DNA of 63,898 nucleotides, filler included, from an uncultured bacterium (GCA_964543655.1; 9 parts of 9 records of this genome joined end to end with filler, not necessarily neighbours in it), one strand, 5' to 3'. Counted from the first letter of the whole stretch, positions 48,340 through 59,011 are shown. Notes: generated from the sequence alone by a model not told the origin. Translations and numbers: made by a program.

Positions 48340-49509
48340 CTATCTATCTTTCCAGGGTTTCATAGGGTATATGAGGTTAGCATCTTTAACATTGTCAGGA
48401 TAAATTGTTTTAATTTTGCCATTTTGTATCTGAATTGCAAGAGCTGGATGAGCTATATTTGCACCATCACTGTCAAATTTTATTTTCCCATAAAATGTAT
48501 TTACAGTATGGCTGTGAAGCCACTTTGCAATTTTCTCTCTATCTCTATCCTTTAAAGGTGGGGTTAATCCCAGAGCCTCTATTGCAAGCTGTTGTGCAAT
48601 TGCACCACCTGCACTTGCTGCTTCCACATAGTCTGGCATTCTTCCATATTTTTTATAGTAGTTAGCGGCAAATTCTTTTGCACTACCAAGAACTTTACCT
48701 TTGTATGGAAGGTTGGGAGTCCATTCAGATGCTGCAACAACATATTCTGCATCTCCTTTTAAATCACCTACAAACTTTGGAACAGTGGGTCCATAGCTAA
48801 ATGCTATACCTTTTGGAGTATAATTTATCTCTTTTAAAGCTTTAATTGTTCTCATTGCAACAAGTAAATGTGACCCAACAAATAGAACATCAGGATTTTT
48901 CTCCTTTACTTTCATAAATAGAGAGTTGTAATCTTGTAATCTCATTGGAAAAAGCTCATAGTGTACAATCTTTATCCCATTTTTTTTGCAATACTTTTTG
49001 AATCCTTCACATGCAAGTGATGTAAAAAGTATATCAGCACCAACAATTGCAGCAGTTTTAGGCTTATTTTTTAAATTAGCAAAAGCATATACACAACCTT
49101 TAACTTCTTCTGTAGCTTTTCCAAGAGTAGAAAAGTAGTATTTGAATCCTCTTTGAAAAAGTTTGTTTGAACTGGCAGCTCCACTTATCAATGGAAATCC
49201 ATATTTCTCTGCAACTGCACTCTCTGCAAAAACCTGACTTGAACCAAAGCCACCAAGTAGCAGATCCACTCTATCTCTGTTAATAAGCCTGTCAATCATT
49301 TTAGCACCAGTGGCAGGATCACTTTTGTCATCATAGAAAATGAGCTTTACCGGGTAGTTTTTACCATTAACCTTTATTCCACCCTTTTTATTAACAGCTT
49401 CCTGCCAGTAAGTGTAAGCATCCTTTACAAGGTTACCTGCTTTGCCAAATTTACCAGTAAGGGCAACTGCAACACCAATCTTAAATTCTTTTGCCTGCAA
49501 TGTTGAAAA
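48340..49509 (-). CDS. LIV/LivK-family solute-binding protein (5'-truncated)
   Basis: KIG...LTG, YDDKSDP, LLGGFGS, TFYGKIKFD; head of the liv cluster. Confidence 0.88.
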   Translation of the reverse strand, partial: FSTLQAKEFKIGVAVALTGKFGKAGNLVKDAYTYWQEAVNKKGGIKVNGKNYPVKLIFYDDKSDPATGAKMIDRLINRDRVDLLLGGFGSSQVFAESAVAEKYGFPLISGAASSNKLFQRGFKYYFSTLGKATEEVKGCVYAFANLKNKPKTAAIVGADILFTSLACEGFKKYCKKNGIKIVHYELFPMRLQDYNSLFMKVKEKNPDVLFVGSHLLVAMRTIKALKEINYTPKGIAFSYGPTVPKFVGDLKGDAEYVVAASEWTPNLPYKGKVLGSAKEFAANYYKKYGRMPDYVEAASAGGAIAQQLAIEALGLTPPLKDRDREKIAKWLHSHTVNTFYGKIKFDSDGANIAHPALAIQIQNGKIKTIYPDNVKDANLIYPMKPWKDR

Positions 49510-49610
49510 NNNNNNNNNNNNNNNNNNNNNNNNNNNNNNNNNNNNNNNNNNNNTTAATTAATTAANNNNNNNNNNNNNNNNNNNNNNNNNNNNNNNNNNN
49601 NNNNNNNNNA

Positions 49611-49946
49611 AAATTTTTTGGGAAAATTGGAGAATCTAAAATTAAAGCAGCTAAAACTCAGATTTCTCTACTTGGCTCAGCTCTTGATTCTTTTTACCTT
49701 GACGTTGGAAGATACCCAACCACTGAGGAAGGTCTTGACGCTTTGATAAAAAGGCCTGATACTATTCCAGAAAGTAAGTGGAAAGGTCCTTACCTGCCTA
49801 AAACTAAAATACCACTTGATCCCTGGGGCAACAAATACATTTATAAATCTCCAGGTGAACATGGAAAGTATGATCTATACTCCTATGGCGCTGATGGCCA
49901 GCCTGGTGGGTCAGGTGAAAATGCTGACATTGTTAGCTGGGAATAG
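49611..49946 (+). CDS. gspG: T2SS major pseudopilin (5'-truncated)
   Basis: ALDSFYLDVGRYPTTEEGL..WKGPYL..DPWG..SYGADG. Confidence 0.93.
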   Translation, partial: KFFGKIGESKIKAAKTQISLLGSALDSFYLDVGRYPTTEEGLDALIKRPDTIPESKWKGPYLPKTKIPLDPWGNKYIYKSPGEHGKYDLYSYGADGQPGGSGENADIVSWE

Positions 49947-49955
49947 GAGGAGTCA

Positions 49956-50411
49956 ATGGATCAAATGGCTATGGCTGAATTAATACAGAGTGAATTAAAA
50001 GCAGCTTTACTAAACTCTGATGAAGAGGCAATTAAAAGATTCAGCCTGTTAATCAGTGAAAAGATTAGTAAAATAGAATCATTAGAATCTGAGCAGGAGA
50101 ATAACAAATCTGATATCAGGCTATTAATAGAAACAATTAAGCAAGGATTTGAAGATACTAATAGAAGGTTTGAAGAATTACATGCATATATTGATAAAGG
50201 ATTTGAAGAAACTAATAGAAGATTTAAAGACTTACAGAAATATATAGACAAACGATTTGAAGATACTAATAAAAGATTCGAAGAATTGCAGAGATATATG
50301 GACAAGCGATTTGAAGAAACCAATAAAAGATTTGAAATGATGTTTAAATTTATGAGCCTCTGTTTTTCCATTATTACAATTTTAATAGTGGTCTTTAAAT
50401 TTATTAAATAA
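49956..50411 (+). CDS. Membrane-anchored coiled-coil repeat protein (DUF1640/CCDC90-like architecture)
   Basis: Own GGAGG RBS, four 18-aa repeats, C-terminal TM helix ending KFIK. Confidence 0.75.
   Translation: MDQMAMAELIQSELKAALLNSDEEAIKRFSLLISEKISKIESLESEQENNKSDIRLLIETIKQGFEDTNRRFEELHAYIDKGFEETNRRFKDLQKYIDKRFEDTNKRFEELQRYMDKRFEETNKRFEMMFKFMSLCFSIITILIVVFKFIK
50136..50351 (+). repeat. Four 54-bp in-frame tandem repeats
   Basis: IKQGFEDTNRRFEELHAY / IDKGFEETNRRFKDLQKY / IDKRFEDTNKRFEELQRY / MDKRFEETNKRFEMMFKF. Confidence 0.9.
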
Positions 50412-50415
50412 AATT

Positions 50416-51906
50416 ATGGATAAAAACTTTACTATTCCTGAAAAACCATTTATTGTAGATAAAATTAATAAAAATTTTCTTCAAAAACACAATATACTTC
50501 CTGTAAGGGAAGATGATGAAAATCTTTACCTTTTAATCTCCTCAACAACTGACCTATCTGTTCTTGGTACAATAGAACGTGTAGTTGAAAAAAATATTTT
50601 CTATAAAGAGCATGATGCTGATGAAATAGAAAGAATCCTTTATAAATGGTATGAAGCCCAGCTATCTGCTACTGAGTCTTCGCAGGATGAGCTTGATGAC
50701 ATTCTTGGTGACCTTGAGCAATTAAAAGACCTTGCTCAGGAAGCACCTATAATTAGACTTGTTAATAATTACATTAGTTACGCTCTTGAAGTGAACGCAT
50801 CTGACATTCATTTTGAACCAACAAGAGAGTATTTTAAGGTCAGGTTCAGAATAGATGGTATTTTACATGAAATAGAAAGGTTATCCAAAAAAGTACAGCC
50901 AGCAATAATTTCAAGAATAAAATTGATGAGCAATATGAATATTGCTGAAAGCAGGATACCACAGGATGGTAGAGTAATAGTGGAGCAGGAGGGGATTGAG
51001 ATAGATATTAGAGTTTCAAGCATTCCTACTATTTATGGTGAAAGTATTGTACTCAGACTTTTAAAAAAAGATACTCAAATACTTAACCTATCAAGCCTTG
51101 GAATGACAGAAGAACAGGTAAAAACTTTTGAAGAAATAATCCATAAACCTTATGGAATGATTTTAGTTACTGGTCCCACAGGCAGTGGAAAAACAACTAC
51201 TCTTTATGCTGCTCTCAGGGAGATAAATACAGAGGAAAGAAAAATAATCACTGTGGAAGATCCTGTTGAATATCAGCTTGAAGGGATTAATCAGATTCAG
51301 GTAAAGCCACAAATAGGGCTTACTTTTGCCTCAGCTCTTAGGTCAATTTTGAGACAGGACCCTGATGTAATCTTAATTGGAGAAATTAGAGATTTTGAAA
51401 CAGCTTCCATTGCTATTCAATCTGCTTTAACTGGCCATTTACTTTTCTCAACATTGCATACCAATGATTCATTAAGTGCTTTTTCAAGGCTTGTTGACCT
51501 TGGTGTTGAGAGTTATCTGCTTACCTCTGGTGTAATTGCCTCAATAGCCCAGAGGCTACTGAGAACTATTTGCCCTTTTTGCAAAGAAGAGATTGATTTT
51601 GATGAAAAATATTTAAATATTTTAAAGAGCGCTGATATTAATATTAGCAATCTTCCAGAAAAAATTTTCATTGGAAAAGGTTGTAAAAAATGTGCAAATA
51701 CTGGCTATAGAGGAAGAACCGCAATTTATGAAATTTTATACTACGATGATGATTTAAAAAGAGCTTTATTATCAGAAGATATTGATGAATCTGGTTTTTT
51801 AAATCTTGCAAGGGAAAAAGGTTTTAAAACAATGAGAGAAGATGGCATTTGCAAAGCAATTGAAGGCATCACCACAATAGAGGAAGTTTTAAGGGTTACA
51901 AGATAA
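50416..51906 (+). CDS. gspE: T2SS ATPase
   Basis: ASDIHFEP, GPTGSGKT, RQDPD, tetra-Cys motif. Confidence 0.95.
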   Translation: MDKNFTIPEKPFIVDKINKNFLQKHNILPVREDDENLYLLISSTTDLSVLGTIERVVEKNIFYKEHDADEIERILYKWYEAQLSATESSQDELDDILGDLEQLKDLAQEAPIIRLVNNYISYALEVNASDIHFEPTREYFKVRFRIDGILHEIERLSKKVQPAIISRIKLMSNMNIAESRIPQDGRVIVEQEGIEIDIRVSSIPTIYGESIVLRLLKKDTQILNLSSLGMTEEQVKTFEEIIHKPYGMILVTGPTGSGKTTTLYAALREINTEERKIITVEDPVEYQLEGINQIQVKPQIGLTFASALRSILRQDPDVILIGEIRDFETASIAIQSALTGHLLFSTLHTNDSLSAFSRLVDLGVESYLLTSGVIASIAQRLLRTICPFCKEEIDFDEKYLNILKSADINISNLPEKIFIGKGCKKCANTGYRGRTAIYEILYYDDDLKRALLSEDIDESGFLNLAREKGFKTMREDGICKAIEGITTIEEVLRVTR

Positions 51907-53099
51907 TGTATCAATTTCAATATAAAGGTGTTACTGAAAAAGGGGTTGAAAAATCAGGAATAATAACTGCAACAAGTAAGTATGAAGCGATTAAAAAATT
52001 ATCAGAAGACAACCTCATTGTTACAAATATCAAAGAACTGAAAAAGAAAAAAATCTTCAAACTTAAATCCAATAAAAAAAAACTCCTTCTTATTTTCACA
52101 GAACATCTATTTTCTCTGCTTAAATCAAATATTGAGCTCTCTAAAGCATTAACTTTGATTCATGAATTTATAGAAGATGATGATTTTAAAAAGGTTATCT
52201 ATTCTGTAATAAATGAGATTAAAGGTGGTAAAACTCTTTCTGAAGCATTAAAAGAATTTCCAGAATATTTCAATGAAATTTATGTAAATCTTATAAAAGC
52301 AGGTGAAGAAAGTGGTAATTTAATAAAAATCATTGAAGAGCTTTACAATTATCAAAGTGAAATTTATGAAACAAAAAAATTTGTTGTTTCCACTTTAATC
52401 TACCCTGCTCTTCTGTTTGTTACAAGCATTATGTCAGCATTAATTTTAATAGTCTTTGTAATACCTAAATTTGGAAAAGTTTTTGAAGATTTACAGCAAA
52501 AACCACCTTTTATTATGAAGGTTCTGTTATTTTTAGGAGTTTTTATAAAGCAATATTTTTTTTCCATATTGATTGTATTGGTTTTAATAATAATTGGTTT
52601 CATCTATTTTAACAGAAAATATCATTTCACTGATGAGCTTGGAAAATATCTTATAAAAATCCCTCTTGTTGGAAATATCCTTACACAGTTTGATTATTAT
52701 AGATTTTTTAATACTTTATCAATTCTAATGGAAGGTGGTGTCCCTATTATTAACTCTCTCGTTTTATGTGAAAAAGTTGTTTTTCTGGAAAATATAAAGG
52801 ATGCTATTAAAAATTTTTACAGAAAATTAAAGCAAGGTAAAAGGTTAAGCTCTTTAATGAGAGAATCAGGTGTTTTTCCAGTTGATATTGTAAGTATTGT
52901 TTCCATTGGTGAAGAAACAGGGCTTTTGCCTGAAGCTCTAAAAAATATTGCTAACAACGCCAATAAATCTGTAAAAGATTCATTAAAAAAATACCTTTCA
53001 ATTTTAGAGCCACTTACTATAATTATTATGGGTATTTTCATTGGTGGTATTATCCTCTCTATGTTAAGTGCAATTTTCAGCATAAATTCTACGGTATAG
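51906..53099 (+). CDS. gspF: T2SS inner-membrane platform protein
   Basis: AGEESG, YPALL, GEETG, LEP; three TM segments. Confidence 0.92.
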   Translation: MYQFQYKGVTEKGVEKSGIITATSKYEAIKKLSEDNLIVTNIKELKKKKIFKLKSNKKKLLLIFTEHLFSLLKSNIELSKALTLIHEFIEDDDFKKVIYSVINEIKGGKTLSEALKEFPEYFNEIYVNLIKAGEESGNLIKIIEELYNYQSEIYETKKFVVSTLIYPALLFVTSIMSALILIVFVIPKFGKVFEDLQQKPPFIMKVLLFLGVFIKQYFFSILIVLVLIIIGFIYFNRKYHFTDELGKYLIKIPLVGNILTQFDYYRFFNTLSILMEGGVPIINSLVLCEKVVFLENIKDAIKNFYRKLKQGKRLSSLMRESGVFPVDIVSIVSIGEETGLLPEALKNIANNANKSVKDSLKKYLSILEPLTIIIMGIFIGGIILSMLSAIFSINSTV

Positions 53100-53101
53100 C
53101 T

Positions 53102-53542
53102 ATGAAAAGAAATAGAGGTTTTACACTTATAGAGTTAATAGTTGTTCTATTTATTATAGCTGTATCATCTGCTGTTATTTTCCTGAATATTAGGACAAAT
53201 GCCAATATTAATAACAAAAAATTCATATCTTACTTTATCAGAATTATTGAAAAAGCAAGGACAAACAGCATAGTAAATGACACTGAAACAATTGTTGTGA
53301 TTAATCCTGAGAAAAGATTAATCTATATAAAAGGGTCTAAAAAAGATAAAGTTTCAATCCCAAAAGAGATTACAATAACAGAGGAATTTATTGTTCAAAA
53401 AGGTAATCTTTTTTATATATACTTTTTTCACAATGGCTCATCTTCAGGTGCTAACCTGAATTTTTATGCAAAAAATTTTTCAAAAAAAGTAATTATAGAT
53501 AAAGTTACAGGATTTGTTAAGGTGGTGGATATTGAAGTGTGA
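53102..53542 (+). CDS. gspH: Minor pseudopilin
   Basis: GFTLIEL prepilin motif; FFHNGSSSG. Confidence 0.8.
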   Translation: MKRNRGFTLIELIVVLFIIAVSSAVIFLNIRTNANINNKKFISYFIRIIEKARTNSIVNDTETIVVINPEKRLIYIKGSKKDKVSIPKEITITEEFIVQKGNLFYIYFFHNGSSSGANLNFYAKNFSKKVIIDKVTGFVKVVDIEV

Positions 53543-53924
53543 AAAAATTAAAAACAATCATGCTTTTACATTAATAGAAACTGTTGTTGCCCTTGTTATT
53601 GCTGGTATTTTACTAAGTGTAATATATTACGGATTTTCTTTAAGTGTAAGAATATCAAGAAGTGGAAATAATGTTGTAATTGCCACCAATGCTGCAAAAA
53701 CAGTTTATAATAATTTTTTGAATAAGCTTGAACAGATTAATTTAGAAGATGAATATAGTGAAGATGGTAATGTTGATAATTTAAAATATACTTTAAAAGC
53801 AAAAAAAGTTGATTTTAACATTAACAATAAATTTGATATAACAATTAAAAATTGCTACAAAATTATAATTAAAATTTTTAAAGATGGAAATGTGTATGAT
53901 TTTGAATACTTTCTTGAAAAGTAA
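53514..53924 (+). CDS. gspI: Minor pseudopilin (start uncertain)
   Basis: AFTLIETVVAL motif; position in cluster. Confidence 0.7.
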   Translation: MLRWWILKCEKIKNNHAFTLIETVVALVIAGILLSVIYYGFSLSVRISRSGNNVVIATNAAKTVYNNFLNKLEQINLEDEYSEDGNVDNLKYTLKAKKVDFNINNKFDITIKNCYKIIIKIFKDGNVYDFEYFLEK

Positions 53925-54477
53925 AAAAGGATTTACTTTAATTGAGGTTGTGGTGTCAATTACTTTATGTTTGATTATTGTACTTATAGTTTCATACAGT
54001 TTAAAATTTTTTATTGGCAATTACAATAAAAACAAAAACTACTACCTTCTCAACCAGAAATATCTTTTTTTAAACAACATGTTAAACACCCAGTATAAAA
54101 ATGTCGTTCCATTTAAAAGCAGAAACAAATATTTTATTAAAGGTAATAAAAATTTTCTTGTTTTTTTAACGTCTAACAGTGCAACTTATTATCCAGGGTT
54201 AAATGAAGTGGGATATTTTTATAATGAGGAGAAAAAAAAACTTAACATTTGTTTTGCCAATATCACCAAAAGTGCCGATATTGTAGATTATGAAGTTTTG
54301 AAAGATGAAGGTAAATGTACGGAAATTTCAGATATTAATAAACTAAAGTTTAAATATCTTTTAAATGTAAATGATGATTTTGTTAATGAAATAGATGGAG
54401 TTTATCCTATAGAGATTAATGTAAATATCTCTTTGTCAGGATTTAATGAGGAAATATTGGTTTATACAAATTTTTAG
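53884..54477 (+). CDS. gspJ: Minor pseudopilin (start uncertain)
   Basis: GFTLIEV motif; position in cluster. Confidence 0.7.
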   Translation: MEMCMILNTFLKSKKGFTLIEVVVSITLCLIIVLIVSYSLKFFIGNYNKNKNYYLLNQKYLFLNNMLNTQYKNVVPFKSRNKYFIKGNKNFLVFLTSNSATYYPGLNEVGYFYNEEKKKLNICFANITKSADIVDYEVLKDEGKCTEISDINKLKFKYLLNVNDDFVNEIDGVYPIEINVNISLSGFNEEILVYTNF

Positions 54478-55288
54478 AAAAAATGGTGAAAATAAATTGA
54501 ATAACAGAGGTAGTGTTTTAATATTTCTACTTTTAATTACAGGTGTAATTTCATTCTTCTTAATGGAAAGCCTATATTATGCTAAACTGAATCAAAGATT
54601 ATGTTACAATTATTACAATAACACTATTTTTGAAAATAAAATGAAAAAAATAGCTTTTATATTTGGTGAGTTAATAAAAAATAAGGTAATGTACAACGAT
54701 TATTTTGATAAAGATATTGGCGATTATTTTTCAGAAGAAGAGCCACTTACCATTGATAATGAAAAATATTTCATTGTTTATAAGCCTGAATCATCTTTAG
54801 TGGATATTAATAGAGACAGTGAAGATAAAATAAAAGAAGCTGTTTTGAAATTCGCTGATGATAAATTTGATGAAACATACGTTGACACTATAGTTGATTC
54901 AATAATGGATTGGAAGGATAGTGACAATTTAGAAAGGCCAAATGGTGCAGAAAAAGATTATTACAAAAAATTGGGATATGAGCCAGCAAATGGCTCTATC
55001 TATGATCTCTTTGAATTAAAAAAAATTAAAGGAATTAATGATGAAAATTTTTTCAAAATTGAGTATGATGATAATAACAGAGCAATTTATTCTGGACTTT
55101 TAACATATTTTACAATATATAAAAATGGTTTTTACAAATATGATTTTAAAAATAAAAAACTTGTTGCGTATAAAAATATTTTTAGACTATATATTAGAAG
55201 CGCTTTACATCCAAAAAATATCTATTTGATTTTTGTAGGAGAAAAGGAGAGTAGATTTTATTTAATAAAATGGAAAAAACTAACCTGA
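54446..55288 (+). CDS. gspK: Minor pseudopilin (true start probably TTG near 54497)
   Basis: RGSVLI, DIN, IMDWKDSD...GAEKDYY, ELKKIKG. Confidence 0.85.
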   Translation: MRKYWFIQIFRKNGENKLNNRGSVLIFLLLITGVISFFLMESLYYAKLNQRLCYNYYNNTIFENKMKKIAFIFGELIKNKVMYNDYFDKDIGDYFSEEEPLTIDNEKYFIVYKPESSLVDINRDSEDKIKEAVLKFADDKFDETYVDTIVDSIMDWKDSDNLERPNGAEKDYYKKLGYEPANGSIYDLFELKKIKGINDENFFKIEYDDNNRAIYSGLLTYFTIYKNGFYKYDFKNKKLVAYKNIFRLYIRSALHPKNIYLIFVGEKESRFYLIKWKKLT

Positions 55289-56373
55289 TTTTAATTATTT
55301 TGGATCAAGAAAATATCTTTTACTATTTTGGTAATAAAAAAGCTTATATAAAATTTTCTGAATTTCCTGATTTACTTGAAGATATAATTTCATCCATAAA
55401 AGGTATCTACATATACATTGCAGATAATAATATATTTATAGACAAATTTGAAATTAATGTTTCCAAACCTGCTGAAGCAAAATCAGCTGCTATAAATATG
55501 CTACTTATAAATAATGTCAAAAATGATTCTGAAATTACTTATAAAAAGGTTTTACTTGAAAAACAGGAAACCAACTTTGTTGCAACAGTTATATACAGTT
55601 ATATTAACCTAAATGAAATTATAGATATTTTAAAAGAAAAAAAACTTGAAAAGAATTTACAAGGAATTTTTCCACTATTACAACTTTTTTATAATGAAGA
55701 AAATTTCTGTTATTCAATTAAAGGGTTATATTATACTATTATTGAAAATAAAAGCCAAATATCAATATTTAAACATCTTGACAATAATCAGCTTTCTCCA
55801 TACAGGGTTAAAATCTTAGAAATAGATGAGCTTGGAAAATATTTTGATAATTTAAAAAATGTTAATGGATTAAACTTTTTAGATTTAGGAAAATATGAGC
55901 TTTTTGAAAAATTTTTTATTCCTGCAATTGTTCTTATAGTTTTAATTAACATATTTTTAATAGGTTTTTTGCAAATAAAGCAGCATAAATTGGAAAAAAA
56001 GCTCACTAAAATAAAAAATCAGGTTAATATGGAAATTAAGTCACTTGAGCCTTATCAAGAAGCTTTTGACAAAAATGAAAAAATAAAAAAAATTCTTGAA
56101 AAAGTTGATAAATTTAAAAATTCCTCTTTCCCATTTGATAAGCTTGCAGCAAACCTCTCTCTTGAGAAAAAAATATGGATCAGGCAGATTACATTAAATT
56201 TTAATAGACTGACTATTTATGGTAAAGCAGCATCAGCATATAAGGTTGTGGAAAACTTGAAAAAATTAAACTTTCTTGATGATGTGAAAATTTCAAGTAA
56301 AATAATCAGGGATAATAATGGATTTGAAAGATTTACAATAAGGGCTAATTTTAAAAATGCATTCAAAAATTAA
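55270..56373 (+). CDS. GspL/PilN-like assembly protein
   Basis: Cytoplasmic region, single TM, coiled coil and PilN-like C-terminus. Confidence 0.6.
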   Translation: MEKTNLILIILDQENIFYYFGNKKAYIKFSEFPDLLEDIISSIKGIYIYIADNNIFIDKFEINVSKPAEAKSAAINMLLINNVKNDSEITYKKVLLEKQETNFVATVIYSYINLNEIIDILKEKKLEKNLQGIFPLLQLFYNEENFCYSIKGLYYTIIENKSQISIFKHLDNNQLSPYRVKILEIDELGKYFDNLKNVNGLNFLDLGKYELFEKFFIPAIVLIVLINIFLIGFLQIKQHKLEKKLTKIKNQVNMEIKSLEPYQEAFDKNEKIKKILEKVDKFKNSSFPFDKLAANLSLEKKIWIRQITLNFNRLTIYGKAASAYKVVENLKKLNFLDDVKISSKIIRDNNGFERFTIRANFKNAFKN

Positions 56374-56914
56374 ACTTAAATTTTACACAATTTTAATTTT
56401 AATTTTACTAACTATTGTTTTAGGTAAATATTACTACAGCTCTCTTTATAAAAAAAATAGTTTTCTTGAAAAAGAGATAAAAAAAAATCAGCAGATGTTA
56501 AAAAAGGTAATAAAAAAGAAAACAGAGTTAAAGAATATTAAAAATACTCTGAGAATATCATCTGAAAAATTATCAAGAATAAAACTATCACTATTTAAAG
56601 ATAAGGAAGCAACTGATACATTGGAAAATTTGCAAAAGTACGTTTTTGAGTATTTTAACAACAAAGGGATAGAAATATCTGATTACAGACAATTGCCACT
56701 TAGAGAAAAAAAATATTTCTACGTTTGCAGATTAGAAGTTAATTTTAGGGCAACAACCAAGGAAATATTACAAATTTTTGATTATTTTTCAAAATCAAAT
56801 TATTTTATAACAATAAATGAGTTCAATATCTACTATCTTAATTCAAGAATTAAAAAATTAAGAGCAAGATTTTTATTTAACACAATCCATCTAAAAAAAT
56901 TACAGGAGTTTTAA
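56357..56914 (+). CDS. GspM/PilO-like assembly protein
   Basis: N-terminal TM, coiled coil, ferredoxin-like alternation; position in cluster. Confidence 0.55.
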   Translation: MHSKIKLKFYTILILILLTIVLGKYYYSSLYKKNSFLEKEIKKNQQMLKKVIKKKTELKNIKNTLRISSEKLSRIKLSLFKDKEATDTLENLQKYVFEYFNNKGIEISDYRQLPLREKKYFYVCRLEVNFRATTKEILQIFDYFSKSNYFITINEFNIYYLNSRIKKLRARFLFNTIHLKKLQEF

Positions 56915-59011
56915 ATGAAGAAATATTTCATATATCTACTAACTTTGCTAATTTTTACATCATGTGCAAAACAGCCAATTAGAAAGGAGCCTTTTATCCC
57001 AAAACCCAAAAAAGTTGTTAAAGTTAAAAATGCTACAGTTGTGAAGGAGAATAATTTTACAAAAGAGCCTGTTGTAAATAAACCAGCAAATTTGAAAAAA
57101 TCACCTGTTGTGGTAAGTGAGAGTATTGTAAAAAAGAGGAAAAAAATAATTAACAAAAATGTTTTTTTCAGTAAAAATGGCAATGAAAAACATAAAGTAG
57201 ATCTTGTATTTGATAATGTTGACATTTATGAGGTGATTAACACAATCCTGGGACAGGAATTAGGTGAAAATTTTATTATAGACCCAGCCATAAGGAATAA
57301 ACTCTCCATGAAAATCTCTGGTGAATATACAAGAAACCAATTATTGAAAATATTAACCAAAGCACTTGAAATTTCTGGAATTGCTTTAATTAAAGAAAAA
57401 AATATGTATAAAATTATTAGAGGCAGAAATGTCTCTAAAAACATTTACTTTGGGAAAATAAACAGCGACTATATTATTGATATAATTCAGTTGAAACATA
57501 TAGCATCTTACAGATTTGTAAATAATATTAGGCCATTTTTATCAAGCAATGCTGTTGCTATCTCCATTAACAGCTCCAATTCAATAATAATTGCAGACAG
57601 AAGAGAGAATGTTGCAAGTATAAAAAGGATTTTAAAGGTTCTTGACTCATCTATCTTTGATGGACTCTACTTTAAAATTATAAAGCTCCAATATCTCACA
57701 GCAGAAGAGGGAGCCAAGCTTGCAAACAATATTTTAAGGTCTCAGGCAATTTTTCCTCAAAGTGAAGTTGCCAAAAAAATATTTATTACATATATTAAAA
57801 CCAACAACTCCCTGCTATGTATTGCAAGAGATAAGGAAATGATGGATACCATTGTTAACTGGATTCTTGCAGCGGATCACCCTGATGATGAAGTAGGAAC
57901 CAAAGTTTATGTTGTGCCTGTAGCTAATGTTAAAGCAGAAGATCTTGCAAATATATTAAAACAGCTCTATGGTGGTAAAGCAACTAAAACAAAAAAGGGA
58001 AGAGTTATTGTTAAAGGTGCCACCTTTAATTCAGGCACACTTAGTGGCGAGGTTACCATTATACCTGATAAAGTAAATAATTTTATAATTATAAAAGCAA
58101 GTCCAAATGATTTTAAAATTATAAATAATGTTTTGAAAAAACTTGATGTTATTCCCAGACAGGTGCTTATTGATGTATTTATTGCAGAAGTATCTTTCAG
58201 TGATAAGCTCAGTTATGGTATCGAATGGTACCTTAAAAATCATGGTATTAAAATAAACAATAGAAGATACAATGGTGGTGCAACTTTAAATAAAGGCTTA
58301 GATGCAAGTTCAGAAAGTAGTGTTATTGGCTCAGGCTTGCTTGGTTTTACTTACACTATTTTTGATAGAGTTGGTGGTTTAAGAGCATTGATTAATGTTC
58401 TTGAAGAAACATCTAAAGTTAATATTTTAGCTTCACCTTCCATTCTCTCTGTTGATAATCAGGAAGCGAAAATAGAAATTGGTGAAGATGTTCCTACAAT
58501 AGCCAAATCTGTTACAAATACTAATAGTGACAATGGTAACATTACTAACACCATAGAATATAGAAAAACTGGTATTATTTTAAAAGTAAGGCCACAAATA
58601 AATCCTAAAGGTCTTGTAAGACTTGATGTAGAAGAAGAAGTTTCTGAGCCAAAGAGTAACACTGTTTCTGGTATAGATTCACCTATATTTTTAAAAAGAA
58701 CTGCTAAAACATCTCTTGTTGTGTTTAATAATCAAACCATTGTAATAGGCGGACTCATTAAGCAAAAAGATGACAGAACAGACACAGGGATTCCTGTATT
58801 AAATAAAATCCCTGTAATTGGATACTTTTTTGGTGGTAAAAAAGTCACCAAGGAAAAAACAGAGCTTCTAATTGCCATTACACCACATATTATTAACACA
58901 CGAGATTTGACTACATATTTTTCAGAAGAGTTAATTAACAGATTAAAAACCATTAAAAATATAATGGAAAATAATAGGGAGAAGACTTTTAATGAAATGC
59001 AGGTTAAATAA
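56915..59011 (+). CDS. gspD: T2SS secretin with lipoprotein signal
   Basis: LIFTSC lipobox, QVLIDVFIAEV, DNQEAKIEIG, IGGLI, GIPVLNKIPVIG, ITPHII. Confidence 0.95.
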   Translation: MKKYFIYLLTLLIFTSCAKQPIRKEPFIPKPKKVVKVKNATVVKENNFTKEPVVNKPANLKKSPVVVSESIVKKRKKIINKNVFFSKNGNEKHKVDLVFDNVDIYEVINTILGQELGENFIIDPAIRNKLSMKISGEYTRNQLLKILTKALEISGIALIKEKNMYKIIRGRNVSKNIYFGKINSDYIIDIIQLKHIASYRFVNNIRPFLSSNAVAISINSSNSIIIADRRENVASIKRILKVLDSSIFDGLYFKIIKLQYLTAEEGAKLANNILRSQAIFPQSEVAKKIFITYIKTNNSLLCIARDKEMMDTIVNWILAADHPDDEVGTKVYVVPVANVKAEDLANILKQLYGGKATKTKKGRVIVKGATFNSGTLSGEVTIIPDKVNNFIIIKASPNDFKIINNVLKKLDVIPRQVLIDVFIAEVSFSDKLSYGIEWYLKNHGIKINNRRYNGGATLNKGLDASSESSVIGSGLLGFTYTIFDRVGGLRALINVLEETSKVNILASPSILSVDNQEAKIEIGEDVPTIAKSVTNTNSDNGNITNTIEYRKTGIILKVRPQINPKGLVRLDVEEEVSEPKSNTVSGIDSPIFLKRTAKTSLVVFNNQTIVIGGLIKQKDDRTDTGIPVLNKIPVIGYFFGGKKVTKEKTELLIAITPHIINTRDLTTYFSEELINRLKTIKNIMENNREKTFNEMQVK

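Noticed and set aside
49961-50371. 136-aa antisense ORF with repeats
   Set aside because: Mirror of the coiled-coil gene on the + strand, which has the RBS and operon context.
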